From Raillietiella orientalis (taxonomy: Eukaryota): a stretch of 64,000 nucleotides of DNA. The notes beneath the pieces are model-generated. The model was not told where the DNA came from. It searched no databases and saw nothing but the letters and a program-made list of their open reading frames with translations. Position 1 is the first letter of the stretch. Each line of letters begins with the position of its first letter. Shown here piece by piece: positions 50,500-63,000 of this stretch. Where the stretch lies: contig JAYWIR010000097.1 of assembly GCA_036172245.1 (NCBI GenBank), positions 124,001 to 188,000 on the forward strand, read 5' to 3'. Made by a program: the position numbers and the translations under genes.

Positions 50500-53400
50500 G
50501 ATCGATGGGAATCAGGGACGCGATACCCGCCAGTATGGGAAAGCCAAAAGCAGGTAAAAGGAAAGGGAAACTGAAATCTTTGCACTGATCGGGAGGAATA
50601 ACGAGATCACAAACGGTCCAAGAGCAATAAGCATGCAATAAGAATACGAGGACCAAGCAGTTGTGGATTCCGGCTCATGTTGAGAATAGTAAGGACGTGC
50701 TCAGTAAACAGGGAACCCGGCAGTGCTGCATTTACAGATGAAGGATGTGTTCTCTTTCTCTTGCCGATGACTGGCTAATACATTGTGTACTGTTGGTAAT
50801 TTCCCTTGGTTCCAGAGATCGTGTTTTTTTGCGGATCTCCCTCCCGGATGGCTTTCGATTTTCATATCTTCCGGACATTTTTCGGCGGGATGCGAATACG
50901 AATCAGAGCGCCGTGCACACGGAACCTGTCGGTGAATGCACTTTCTCGTTCAAGTTCTCCGTGAATCCTTCAGCATCCAGGGTTGTTTGGATTGATCCTT
51001 TTTTCTTCTCTCTTAGAAAATGCTCTGTTGTCGCGTTTGTGCGACAAAGTGTCCGTTCAAAGGCAGCTGACGTGCATTGCCTCATTCTCTGAAGCGGTGC
51101 TTTGCGATCCAGTCTTCAGCGTATGGCAGACTCACTCTGTATCCAAAGCATGCATATGTACAAGATGTGGAAGAGGAAGCTCTGTGAAGGTGGTAAGCTT
51201 GTAATAACAAATGCGGTTCCGAAAGCGGCACATCTCGCTTGAAAGAAACCTTGATTTGCGTTCCTTCATTCCTGGAATTGACACTCGAATGCAAAGAGGA
51301 CCAGTGAGAAGAAGCAACGGAAGGGGGGGAGAAGAAAAAGAATTGCAATGCAGGAGGACCGATTTGTTCTTTCTTTCCTTCGGCTGAATCAGTTGGATCA
51401 ACACAGAGAGGGAGATTGAATCAGCTGAATCAGTCCAGGTAACCGCCATTCTTTCCAAAATGCGGAAGACTTTTCAAAGAGATCGGAAGAGTGGAGAAGG
51501 AAGGGTTGGATGCAAGCCTCGTGTCCGATTGCACCTGCGCGGAATGCCGGGAAAGGGAATGCAGTTTCCAGGTTGCAGGATTTCCGAATTTCGCTAAAGT
51601 GGCTTCTGGTTGAGGTTCATTCATGCCCGCGGCAGGCTGCTTTTTGCGCGATGCGTATGGAGCACGTGATTGCTCTCAGCTTCACACCCTATCGATTTCT
51701 GTTCCTCCGAGGGAAGCCACTTTCCACAAAGGAAGGCCGAGCGAAAGAAAATCGCGAATCATTTTTGAGAAGAAGCTCATGTTGCTTCGGAGGCTTGCAG
51801 CTCGTGTTTGCAATAGGAGAACTTTTTGTTGGCAGAAAATGCCAAGCCCGTGAATGGGGGACAGGGGTTCAAGATGTTCTTTGCTTCATGCGCATCTCAC
51901 TTGCTCGTACGACAGAGACCACTGAACCGAGCCTTCCTGTTTGCGGAGCGTGGTTGCAGGGAAGTACTTGCATCCAGAGGTAGGTGAGTCGAACCGAAAG
52001 GATCGTTTCGCGATGATTGCGCAACGGCCAAAGGCCGGTGTCGAACGGCCGCGGGGTGGGGTTTGGTGCGTCTTACTGCTGCGGGGGGAGGAGTAGCGAA
52101 CCGTGTTTTCGAGGGCTCGAAGCAGGCGCTCCATGTGTTGCGGAAGCGAACGAATGTCTTGCCAACGATCATCTTCAAGTTCAGGAATCTGTTTTCGAGA
52201 AGGCTTCCCGCCGAAAGGATCATGCCGTCAAAACGATCATCTCTGTCGTGAGAATGAATACCAGTCTGGAAGGCAAGAAACGGAGTCTTTTACACACTCA
52301 CTTTAGTCCTCTGGTGGCCTTTACCTTTCCTCTCTGCGTGTTTGTCTGGGAAGCCATTCGATCCCAGTTTCGCCTTTCCTTTCACGACTCTCGCGGTAAT
52401 CTCGCGTATGATGGGAAGAACTGTTCCTGCGAAGAGCGCATCGATGCGAGCGTCGCGGATTTCATAGTGCACGACGTTTGCGAGCTCCCCGTGAGAGCTG
52501 CTTCTCGCTCCCCCATAGACGCATCGTGGGTCTTCAGCTCGAATTCCCCAGCGAGTGTCCGCTGAAGGAAGGAACATCTTTGCTCGTTTCTGCAAGCAAT
52601 TTTGTGCTTTCCCTTTTCGTGCACGCACGAAGGGTGCGTGCAGTGCCAACTGCAAAAGCCCCCCAAGCGATTTCTCAGTCAAGGAGACTTGGTTTCAGTG
52701 ACCCGGCTTGAGGATGGCTGCCGGTGTCGGACGAGGAGAAAACGGACACGAATCCAGAATCGGTTCGACCGTTCTGCCGGAAGTTGCGTGCGAGGTACAT
52801 GGGAAATGGAATACTCAGGTGAGAGGTCTTCCCTGAGGACAAAGGGTGGCGAGGGAAGGAGGTATCTGGGTTTCTGAGCAATCAGAGAACGGATTCGCAG
52901 GACTCGAAGGGATGGGTTGCGAAGGCGATTTCGCTCCCAATTTCAGGATTCCGAGCAAACCGGAAATGAATCGCAAGGGAATGTGTCCCGTTGCATAAAC
53001 CGTGGAACTCGGCTGCGTATTTTTCCTGTTGGACGCCCGGAGCATTGAGTGTCCGTTCGAGATGCACATCCGCGTTCACAGCATTCGTCTTCAGAGATTT
53101 TGCTTGAAGATTGCAGTCAGAAGTGGAGGATACCGCCAAAACGTTGCAGAATGACATCCAACGTGCAGCTGGATGAAGGAGCATGCGTTGCGTTTTCCGC
53201 TTTGCTTTTTTGACGATTTCAGGAAGCCGGAACTACTCGAAAGGCATGCCGGAAAGGAATCTCCGGAAGATTGTCCCTCTCATTTTCCTTTCGGTGTAGT
53301 CCCGGACGAAACGGTAACGCAAGTGGTTTGTCTACTTGAGAACGTAAGAAGTCTTGCCTGTTGACTTCCAAGGACGTGTTGGATACGGACGGAGAGGTTG

Positions 53401-56400
53401 GAACTGTTCTTCCAAGATGATTTCTTGATGATAAGAATGCTAGTCGATGCTGTCCGCGAATAGCCCGTGTTTTTTTACAGGCGCACTCATCAAGGACTGC
53501 TGTCACTTCTGCGTGCATTTGCAACGGGAAGAGGCTTTTTCGGGTGGATCGCCGGCGGTTCGTGTCTTCCTGCAGGTTTCCGAGAATCTCCTGCCATTTG
53601 GTGCCGACTGGTTCTCGGATGCATCTTGGTGCGTTTGAATAACAAATGCAGGGATGCGTATATTGATTCGGATCGATGATGATGAATGCCTCATTTTGGA
53701 CAGATGCGATAACGGCCGCCCTGGCCTTGGAAAGAGAAATGTGGATCCACGTTGCAAATACTCTTACCGGCCATCACGACGAGTTTCTCAGGGTGTGATC
53801 GACTTGACGTTGTCGGAGAAGGCACGCATGCGTCCCTCTTCCTGAATGCTCGATCATCGTTTCTCCAGTCAGGAGAAGCTTGCTTACCCATCTCCAAGGG
53901 ATGCGCCTTCACTGAAAATACATACCTTTTTCTTCTTCAAGTGAAGTTTTTCACAGCTGAATTCCTTGCAGCCAGTGACCGCGGGGTGCTGAGCGGTCTG
54001 CGAGTTCGATCCGAAAGGAAAAGGCATTCCGTGATACTTCAGGTCTCCCCGTGTTTCTATGCGACAATACCCTTGGATGAGGTATCAGTGGTCCACAGGT
54101 GGAGATTTAATGATCTTTGCGTTTCAGATTCTCAGGATGCCTCAAAGAAAGAAAAGGCAAAGTTTTCCAAAGGGTGCACTTGACAGGAGAGTTGGTCGGT
54201 ACCCCTCCAATTCTCTTTATCAGCGAGGTGTCCTTTTTGACACGCTTCCTGCTCCATGCTACATCGGGGACTCCACAATGTGCCGCTGGGTGTCGGCTGG
54301 CAGATAGGAGTTTTGGTATTACTTCTGGAAGCCGCCATGCGTCGAAGGTCGTGCGATCCCTGTAGCGAGAAGTGACCAACTCTGTACGGATGGATGGCCA
54401 GAGGATAAAGGGAGCGAATGGCGTTTTGATTTCGGATGCTTTTCGCTTCGCCGTCCAGGAGTTTCAATGCAAGGGTTTTGGGTCCAGAGCTCCCTTCCAT
54501 GTGAAAGCCAAAGTCCGCACCGAGCCTCTCTGCTTTCGCAGGATTTGGAACTGCTTTTCAGCAGGTGAAGCTGCTCTCCGTGAGATCGGAGGCTGAGTAT
54601 CGTGCAAGCTGTCTTCCCGTGACAACGAAAGCAGCTTGTGCAAGAGACTCACCTCCCGCGAAAGGGGGAGCGTATGGGCAGAGTGGAGCCCCACACCAAG
54701 GACAAGGCAAAATTGCTCCTTCACCTCGGCTTCTCGTTAGAGGTGCAGCTGTCAATCGAGTTTGACGTATGAAACAATCTCGTTTCTCTGTGTATTTTCC
54801 TTGTACTTTGACCGGGACTGCGATGTGCAATGACCTGATTCATTTTTCAGCAAGGCATTTTCAAAGTGATGTGAGATGTGCCAAGCAAACAAAAAATTTC
54901 TATTTCTTCTTTTTTTGAATACCGGGTTTGTTCACATGCTGTTTGCACACTAAGTTGATTGAAGCTTCGATTGAGGAGAATAATAATTGGCCAAAATACA
55001 GAACATGGTCAACATTATCCTCAGTGTAAGGCCGCGACTCGCATTTTTCTTGAACTTTCTCTTGGACCTCCATGTGTCGTGTGTTCCAAAAACGGCATTC
55101 GTCAGGAAAGACGGTGTCGGCGCTGAACCTGCGAGATGCCCCTTCGTGTGGACTGTGGCTTTGAAGAAGAGCATCTTGCAAAATCAGATGGAATTTCTCA
55201 AGACTTTTTCATTTTTCTTATGTTGGAAGTTTCCTATTTTCTGTGCAACAACAAAGTTCCTATGAATCCAATTTTTTTCCTTTTCTCTCCACACAAATTT
55301 AGAAGAGTTACTTTTGCTGTGCGTTTGACGCATATAATCGCCTTCGACAATTTTCAAGGCGCACCCAGAAATCGAGTTTTGAAAAAAAGTTACTCGCTGA
55401 ACAGGGTCAAAGATTCGGAAGATTCAGTGTCTGGTCCTTCTTCACCCCCAGCATCATCGGAGGTTTCGACCTTTCACGGAGCATCGGGAGGCGCTGCATT
55501 GTGAGGTCTCAAGGGTCATTCCAGTAAATGCGGAATGCATTTTCAAACATGGAGCCCGGTTCTCGCATTGTGTTGGTAGGTATTCCAGGAACATAGCAAC
55601 GAAATTCCCATCCATGTGTTGAAGATTTAAACCTGTCCTCCACCTCCACCCGTGTCAGACAACGGTGTTCCAGGATCACCCCTTGCGCCGGTTGTCGGTC
55701 TTGATCGCATCCAGACGAACCGTGACTCCCCCAAAATGAGGACGCTCTTTTTGGTGTGTGGGGACTCTTCACGTGTGGATGCTGAGGCCCACCGCCGATT
55801 GCAGATTTGCCGGTTCTCAGAAAAGCCAAGAATCACCGCGACAACATCGACAGCACTCGGAAAATGACCGCGCGAACGTTGAGGTTGGTGTTTTTCTCCA
55901 GAAAGTGCATTTTCGGTTCCATACGAATTTCCCACCGGCATTGCTTGCATTTTGGATTCGAAGGAAGCATCCGTCGGGAGGCGAACAAGTGTTTTGAGCG
56001 ATGGGAGTGCCGTTCGCTGGCCGTAAAGCAACAAAAGAAACGAAAGGAAATACGAGCCTGCAAAAAAAAAGAAAAAGGGAACCCATTCCGTTTTGCAGCC
56101 CTCAGGAAAGCTCACCAGTATTTCTGAGGGTACAAAAAAACTGTGGATTCGTAGGGACCGGGAGGCCGGCTCGGAATTCGCGAGTCACATTCTCGGTTTT
56201 CGAAAACACCCCGTCATGGCGCCACTCTCGTTCGGCCAAAGTGCGAACCGAAAAGTGTCCGAAATGATCACCTCAATTGGAGCGATGATGTAATGGAATT
56301 CCTGCTGGATTTTTAACCATGGATACGCTGACGACGCTCAGTCGCAGCCAAGAGGCTCTCCGAACGCAGTATTTTTTTGTCGTACTCTGCTGCTTGCCGT

Positions 56401-57300
56401 TTCTTGTAGTCGAGAGATGAACGCGACATTCCTTGCTCATTTGCTCATCAGTGGAAGAACTCATTCCGCTGAGCTACGGTGGCAGCAGCAGCCAGAAAGA
56501 AGAAAAAAAAGTTTGCCATGCATCCACATATGAATTTCAAATTTTTCTTTGCTGCAGTTGGAAACATGGTGTGCGGAAGATGCGACTGATGTTTGATCGC
56601 ACCAAAGGAATCGTCCGACGGGTTGCAAGGTGCGTCGAGGAGGGTGTTCCGAGGTGTCCCAACGATGGAGACAACGACAAAGTGAAGCCGGCAAATCTGC
56701 AGCGGTGCAGCAAAAGCGGTGGGTTTCCGCGGCAGCACATTTTCGTCCGAGGTGCGGCGGAGGAAAGGTCAGCCAGCAGGCACGCAGAACTTTCGATAAC
56801 GTGCGACCCCGGCAGAGCGAATTCGGGCGGGACAGCCATCGATGAATTGGAGGGTCAATCTTTGAAATGCCCGAAATGCTAGAGACGACTTTTGGGAGCG
56901 GGAAAGGAAAGCTTTCGAGTCCCACCAGGCATGGCAAACGGTACGTGGCATGGCGTGATGTGGGAATGGGCTTTTACCCTCATTGACCACGCATGTGGGC
57001 GCAAGGGGTTTTCACTTGAAACTAAGATCGGGAGGACTTCGAAGTTCCTTGATCGGGCAGCAACTCGTCGCAAGCGGGGGTGCAGTATGCGACGGCTTTG
57101 CAGTGTGAGGCGAATGGAAATAGCGGAGCCTTCCGCTCAAGGTGGTGATGGCACGCGGCTGTTCTTCGAAGTTGGCAGCTCTTCCGTCCTTCTACGCTTC
57201 ACCTTCGTCATCGTGAATTTTACGAGCGACGTGTTGCACGAGGCCTCCGATTGCAGACGTTTCCGGCAACCTAGATTCCATCGTAGGCCCCCTATTCGTG
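50500..57300 (-). mobile_element. Heavily decayed GC-rich non-LTR retrotransposon(s), possibly L1/Tx1-like ORF1+ORF2, interrupted by a piggyBac fragment
   Basis: Minus strand: knuckle-like ARIRSAGVARYRKFCVPAG / LGH (~56800-56600), FDAWRL and PVDH (APE-like, ~54350-54080), WGIRAEDP (GIxQGDP-like, ~52550), LLENRFLNLKMIVGKT (~52190). Boundaries are uncertain. Confidence 0.35.
54987..55410 (+). mobile_element. Internally deleted piggyBac copy (same family)
   Basis: 54987-55070 matches the reverse complement of ~41025-41108 and is joined directly to the 3' segment matching 29498-29775; terminus CTCGCTGAACAGGG-TCAA. Confidence 0.8.
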
Positions 57301-57599
57301 AATCAGTCTGAAGGAAGCACGGAAAAAGAGAAAATGCAAGCTTGTCTCACTGATTGCAGACCATGGTGTGACTCCCGTCTTCTTTTGTGCCACTAACATC
57401 CAGCTTCGGACTGTCGGAAAGGTGAGCGAGAACAGCGACCAGAGGAGAGAAAACAAACGAGAGCGATACCGGGAATATGGAACTCAAGGAACCACAGAAC
57501 AAAGTGGATAAGAAGGGCGAACGCTTGCTATTGCTTGCGATTCACTGAAGAAAGAATCCGACTCTAGGGAATGCCTGATGAAGAGAAGCCTCGCTGCGA

Positions 57600-60045
57600 A
57601 TACTTCTTCATCGCATACCAATTGCTGAAAAAGAAAATCTGCAAAGTATGAAACATCTAACCAGGAATGAAGAGCGGAAGGAGGCGGAGGATCGATGCGA
57701 GAGACGGACCCTCCATCCAGAAGCTCCGCAACAGAAACAGAAGAAGAGCAGCCCGAGCCATCCTGGGCCAGCAGGACCAGGCATGTGAACTGCAACCGGA
57801 GGTACTCGAGAAGCATTCCGATACAGAATTAAAAGTGAAATGCAAGCCGGATGAAGACCTCTCAAAGGACACACTGGTGGGAAGAAACAACGAAACACTC
57901 CTCTTAGATTTATCTCCATTTACTCAGGAGGAGGCAATGGCAATACCGCCCAATGCAGAAAATTCCTTTCCTGGAGAAGCGTGGACACGCAAGCAGAGAT
58001 GCTAACGGTAATATTCAACCTTCCGTGAAAGTTTCCTTGGATACCGGAAGGGTGTTGGTGCACCAGAACTGTACTTCTAGCGAGGAAACCCTGCGCAGCA
58101 AAGGAGATCTCCAGCCTCAGGCCAACATTCATCTGAAGCAGCGTGTAGGGCTGCATACCAAATGCCTGGTCTCCAGACTCCGACTCTGAATCACGTAAAA
58201 CGAAGGAATGGACGCTAAAAAAAAAGGGCTTCCTTCCCTTTCATGGGGTACTCGAGCAGAACTTTGTTTTCCAGAAGAGACTGGGCTCTGCTTGTCGCTG
58301 GTCGCGAGATTTTTGCCCTGTCTTTATAGACTTCGCGAAAGCTTTCGAGACAGCTTCCCATGAGATGGTCCAGGGAACAATTAAGGAGTCAGCAGATTCA
58401 TCAACATGATTCAAGACATCCACTCTGGAAGCCCCACTTTGATTCGACTGGAGTCAGCATCAAGAAGAACCTCTTCCTTGCGGCGAGAAGGGAAGCAGGG
58501 CTGCCCACTGAGCTCACTCCTCTTTATCGAGCCTATCCTTTGCTCGATGAGGGGAAACTACGGGGAGGAAGCAATGCTGCCATACGCTGACCACGCCCTC
58601 ATGCAGCAGTCCGGCAAGGTGCGCCTCGTTACATAACAGAGGGAAAAAGGCGAAAAGGGCGTGGGAAATAAATATAGGCATGAGAAAAGGGAGCATCTTT
58701 TGTGTTGCCTCATCAGAGACACAGGAATACTTGGGGAAATCGTTCGGAGTCAAGGTGTTCCATTCGTGTCCGTCGAAGGAGGAAATCTGCCAAAAGACAA
58801 GTGCCATCCTAGATAGTGGACGATCGGGTCGGCGGCAAATGGACGCCTCCTACTTCAGAAAGACCTCCTTCTTTCCCAGTTTCGTTCAATACGGGAGGAT
58901 GACAACCCACTTAAAGGATGAATGGCATTGCATCGATGAAGAGGACAGACGGAGAGTAAGGAAAGCGTCGCACCTCCCGTCCTGGGCAGCCAACCCGTAC
59001 GGAGAAAGAAGGAAAGTCTGTCCGGGACCGATGAAGCTGGGCGAAGAGTCGGACGTGTTGGCCATCGATAGCTGTTTCAGATTACTCACTTCCCCAGACA
59101 ATGCGGTGAGGACATTGGCACGAGATGCACTAAACGTGGTGGTCCAAACGAGACTCCTAGAAACGCCAACAGATGAGGACCTCGGAGACCTCATGAGGGG
59201 CATTTCCCCCAAGAAAATTCTCACAGCCTCCCAGGAACCTGGACAGCCTATGGATCCAAGGTAGAAAGCCCAAGAGGAAAACAAAAGCCCTGTAAAGATT
59301 TATTGATGAAGAAGCCAGCATGAAGGCATCTTCAGCAGCAGCATGAGGAGAAAATTTACCTCCGGCGTGAGAGCACTTCAAAGAGAGCACGCGTAGCAAC
59401 CCCTGATTCAGGGGTACATCAATCAAGGGAGAGCAGTGCAGCCTGTGGGCATAAGCTATGCGCACCTATGAAGAAGAGCTATGGATGGAGGACTACTGAT
59501 TCATCAACGCAGCCCGGCACAAGGTTTTACCAATGAACGCCAGATTGGAGGCAGAGGAACGCACACGTCGGCTCTGCCGGACGGCAGACGAAACGTGGCT
59601 TCATATCGCAAACCGGTCCAGGAGAGGATTTCATCTGTCCCACTGCGCGACACAGTGAGATCCAGGATTTGTTCAGGATGGCCGCGATGGATGCAGCAAA
59701 GTGAACTCTAGGGTCTACCAACCAGAGAGCTACAGGCGCGTACTCCCCCTTGCAATCGTATCCAGTTTGGAGAGAAAAAAAGTCTGACGATAATGCTGGA
59801 CGTCTGCAGCACGTTCGAGGGTGGAGAAGAGTCGTTGAGCACAGCTAGGAGGAGCAAATCGGAAATGTATAAAGAAACAACTCTCCAGCTAAGCAAGGAA
59901 GGGAAGCAATGCAAGATGCATACTCTCACTGTTGACCCACTAAGAATCTGGGACCCGGAGAACGAGGAAGTGCATGATCTTGGAATTTCCAAAGAGTACT
60001 CAGAGAAGATGTCTGAACCCGGTTGCGCAGGGACGCTCCTTTGAA
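57600..60045 (+). mobile_element. Decayed RLE-type (R2 group; NeSL/Utopia-like) non-LTR retrotransposon
   Basis: PFTQEE..ENSFPG, FIDFAKAFETASH, KQGCPLSSLLF, PYADH, YLG, FRLLTSPDNAVRTLA, degenerate knuckle RRLCRTADETWLH, ARHSEIQD, restriction-like endonuclease MLDVCSTFEGG..ARRSK..Y, WDPENEE..LGISKEY. Many frameshifts. Confidence 0.8.
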
Positions 60046-63000
60046 ACAAGAACGAAATAAACTACAAGGAGAAGGGGAGAGTGGTCCTCTCCTCCTCAGA
60101 AACACGAAACACCAAAAATAAAAGTTCGCCCGGGATAACCAGCGAAGCGCAAGCCGGCTTCCTAAAACTAACGAACGCAGGGAGAAGACAAGAAATGAAC
60201 ATAAAAAGACGGGAGGGCGGGAGCATCTCTTGATTCTTAGAGGCGAGTGTGGATGGTGGCGATCTCCCTGGAGAATTGTTCTGGCAGATTAGGACACCTC
60301 AGAAAAGCTGCTGCCATGCTGGTGGCCTCTCTTCGCCGCAAACTTGCTTTCAGCACATGGCGGACTGTTACCATGGCGCGGACGCAACCGATTGCTGCGA
60401 CCGTGGCGTTTTTCCGAATTCCGCTTGCTGTGAGAAATCGCCGCAGCAAGTCGGTTGCGGTGTCCTGCGGTCAACGGAGTGCCGCAACGAGCCTCCTCCA
60501 CAAGCCCGCGAGGGCACTGCAGTCCAACAGCATGTGCGGCAACCATTCCATCGCCCCGCACCTTGAACAGTTGGAGGAGGCAACTCTCCCGGAAGGCAGG
60601 TGCCTTCGCTGATTGCACTGGAATCTCCAGTGCAGAAACAGCAGAGCATCCTGTTTCCAGCGTGTTCCCTCCACGCTCTGGAAACACGGAACTAATTGTC
60701 CACGCAAAGGGAAGGGACCACCAGTTATTCAGGAGGCACACCAAGCAGGTTACTTCCCCCGAAGGAGTCCCTTCGTCCGGAAACGAGGAGTGGCAGCGTC
60801 CACTAACTCGCTCGTCTTGCAGCCGTCCTGGAGTTTTCAAACTCCCGCAGTGTTGCAGGACAACTCCCACCCCGCCCGTTGTCTGCTTACCTTGAGAGAA
60901 GACAGCGTTGCAGCAATGACAGTGATGCGGGTGTGACAGCATGCGTCCAATCCTGCAAGAGATCTGGCAGCGGTTTGCGTAGGAGATCCTGCAACAGTCG
61001 CAGTGCCTCTGGGCGAACATTCCAAGTGGCAGCCCGGGACTCCAGACCCTCCTGCCACCAAGCATTCCAGTTTCTGGGGCGGCACAAGATCCACGGACAG
61101 GAATGAGCAGAGTTACCTCAGGGGGTAGGCGAATCCAGTCTTCCGGTGTGGCATGCTCGGCGGTAGCGAAAGAAGTCCTACGCGTCGCTGGAGGATGTGT
61201 CGTGCCGGAGCACACCAGTGAGAGGACCGCAGTTTCCCACACAAGGAGAGAATTCCGAAGGGCACTTGCGGTCCGATCTTGAGGATGGTCAGGATGCCAA
61301 AGCCGGCGTCCTGGCGCGGCTCCGCCAAGTCTTTCGATCGGATCCGGGACCTTGCAGCGTGCCACAAGGCTTTGCGTAGGAGACGATAGTATGGTTTTAC
61401 CGAATGAAGGAGCAGGGAAACAAAAAATAAGGAGCGGCGGACGATAGGGGGACAACAAAGGACATGCGCAGGATGTCCGTTCTGGACGGAGGCACTCTCC
61501 AACAAGATGGACTTGCCATCGAGGAACGGGCCGAGGGCCATCTGAAGGCAGGCTGACCACGATTCTGACGAGCCGAAGCCGGCCAACGGAACGCCAAGGA
61601 ACTTGAAGTATCGGCACGTGGGGATCCCCAGGCCAATCCACAAGAACGATCACCCGCCCCTCCCACGACGCACCCAAGAGTACGAGCGTGCACTTGGTTC
61701 TGTTCACGCTCATGCCCGCATCCCGTGGGATGAGCTTGAAGAAGTCCTCGAGCGTCGCTGCCGGAGTGGACATGGGCCGCAGAAGAAGCAGGTCGTAGGC
61801 GCGGGCTGCCACGGCAGGCGTGCACGGAGAGAGAGACTGGGCAGGACGTCAGCTTGTGCGCTCTCAGCACCAACTCCAAGTAGATGCTGAAGAGCCGAGG
61901 GCTTAAGCTGTCGCCCCGCCTGCTGCCTCTGCTACGGCGACGGCGTACACGTGACAGCCGTTGAAATAGAAATGGAGAAACGCATTGAGCCCGCAGGAGC
62001 GCAAGTAGACGAGGAGGTGCGTCGGGAGTTCGAGGCGCTCCACGATCTCCCAAAGAAGTTTCCAGTTGACGCAGTGGAACGCTTTGAGCGGATCAACCGC
62101 GTCCGCCAAGGCTCTTGGCTTTTCCTCCGTCGGTCGGCTCTCGCGCTTGCAGTCGGCAGGAGTGCTCGCTGCTGCGCGGCTGTGCAAAGCAACGCGTTCC
62201 TGTAGCTGCTATCGTTCGCGCCCATGGACCGTTCAGGAGCAACGTAAGTGTGCTCCGAACTCACCACGGCCTCCGCGATCCGTCCTAGTCTCGTGAACGA
62301 CAGCTTCCAGAACAAGTTGACGTCCGTGTTCACCAAGGTGATCGGACGCGAGTTCTTGAGGCGGCGCAAACCTCCACCTTTCGGCAGGAGGATCTGAGGA
62401 GATGAGGCAGCGGGTGGTGGCTTCGTGCGTCCGGTGCTCCAGAGACATCTATGCAGCCCACGGGACAGGAGGGACCGACGGTCAGATGCAGCCAGAGAAC
62501 CCCAACGGTCAGCTTTCTCGAAACGGAGGACAGAAAGCTGAGGAAGCAACAGGCTGAAGGGACACGAGCGCCCGAGATGGACAGATGAGGAATCCCGGAA
62601 GAACAGCCCCCCTGTAGCGCGACGTAAACATGTAAATTTTAAGCCATTTTAAGCAATTAGCCTTGAAAGTCTGCAACTTTATTTGCAACTCCTGCGTCTC
62701 TTTCGAGTTTACGTTTCTCGTGGTGGCTTTTGCAAGCAACGTGTTCCACGAAGCTTCCGATGTCAGACTTTGTTCCTCCATCAGCGTGAGCTGAAAGTGG
62801 CTGAGACACGCGAAGAATGAATTCGGACCAAAGGCAGACGGTTTGCTGGAGTTTCGCTGCGTTCGGATGCATGGATATTCCTGCAACGATGACCGCTTCT
62901 AGCCAGCGGAAGAAAAAACCCTCGAGAGGTAGGGGAGAGGAGCAAAGAACACTTTAGAAATGTTGAAGAGCACGTTCCTCTTGAGCAAGCTGGAAAGCGT

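Noticed and set aside
60289..61812. 507-aa ORF as a genuine gene
   Set aside because: Only its start carries RT motifs; later motifs lie in other frames. It is a stop-poor frame in a GC-rich decayed retroelement.
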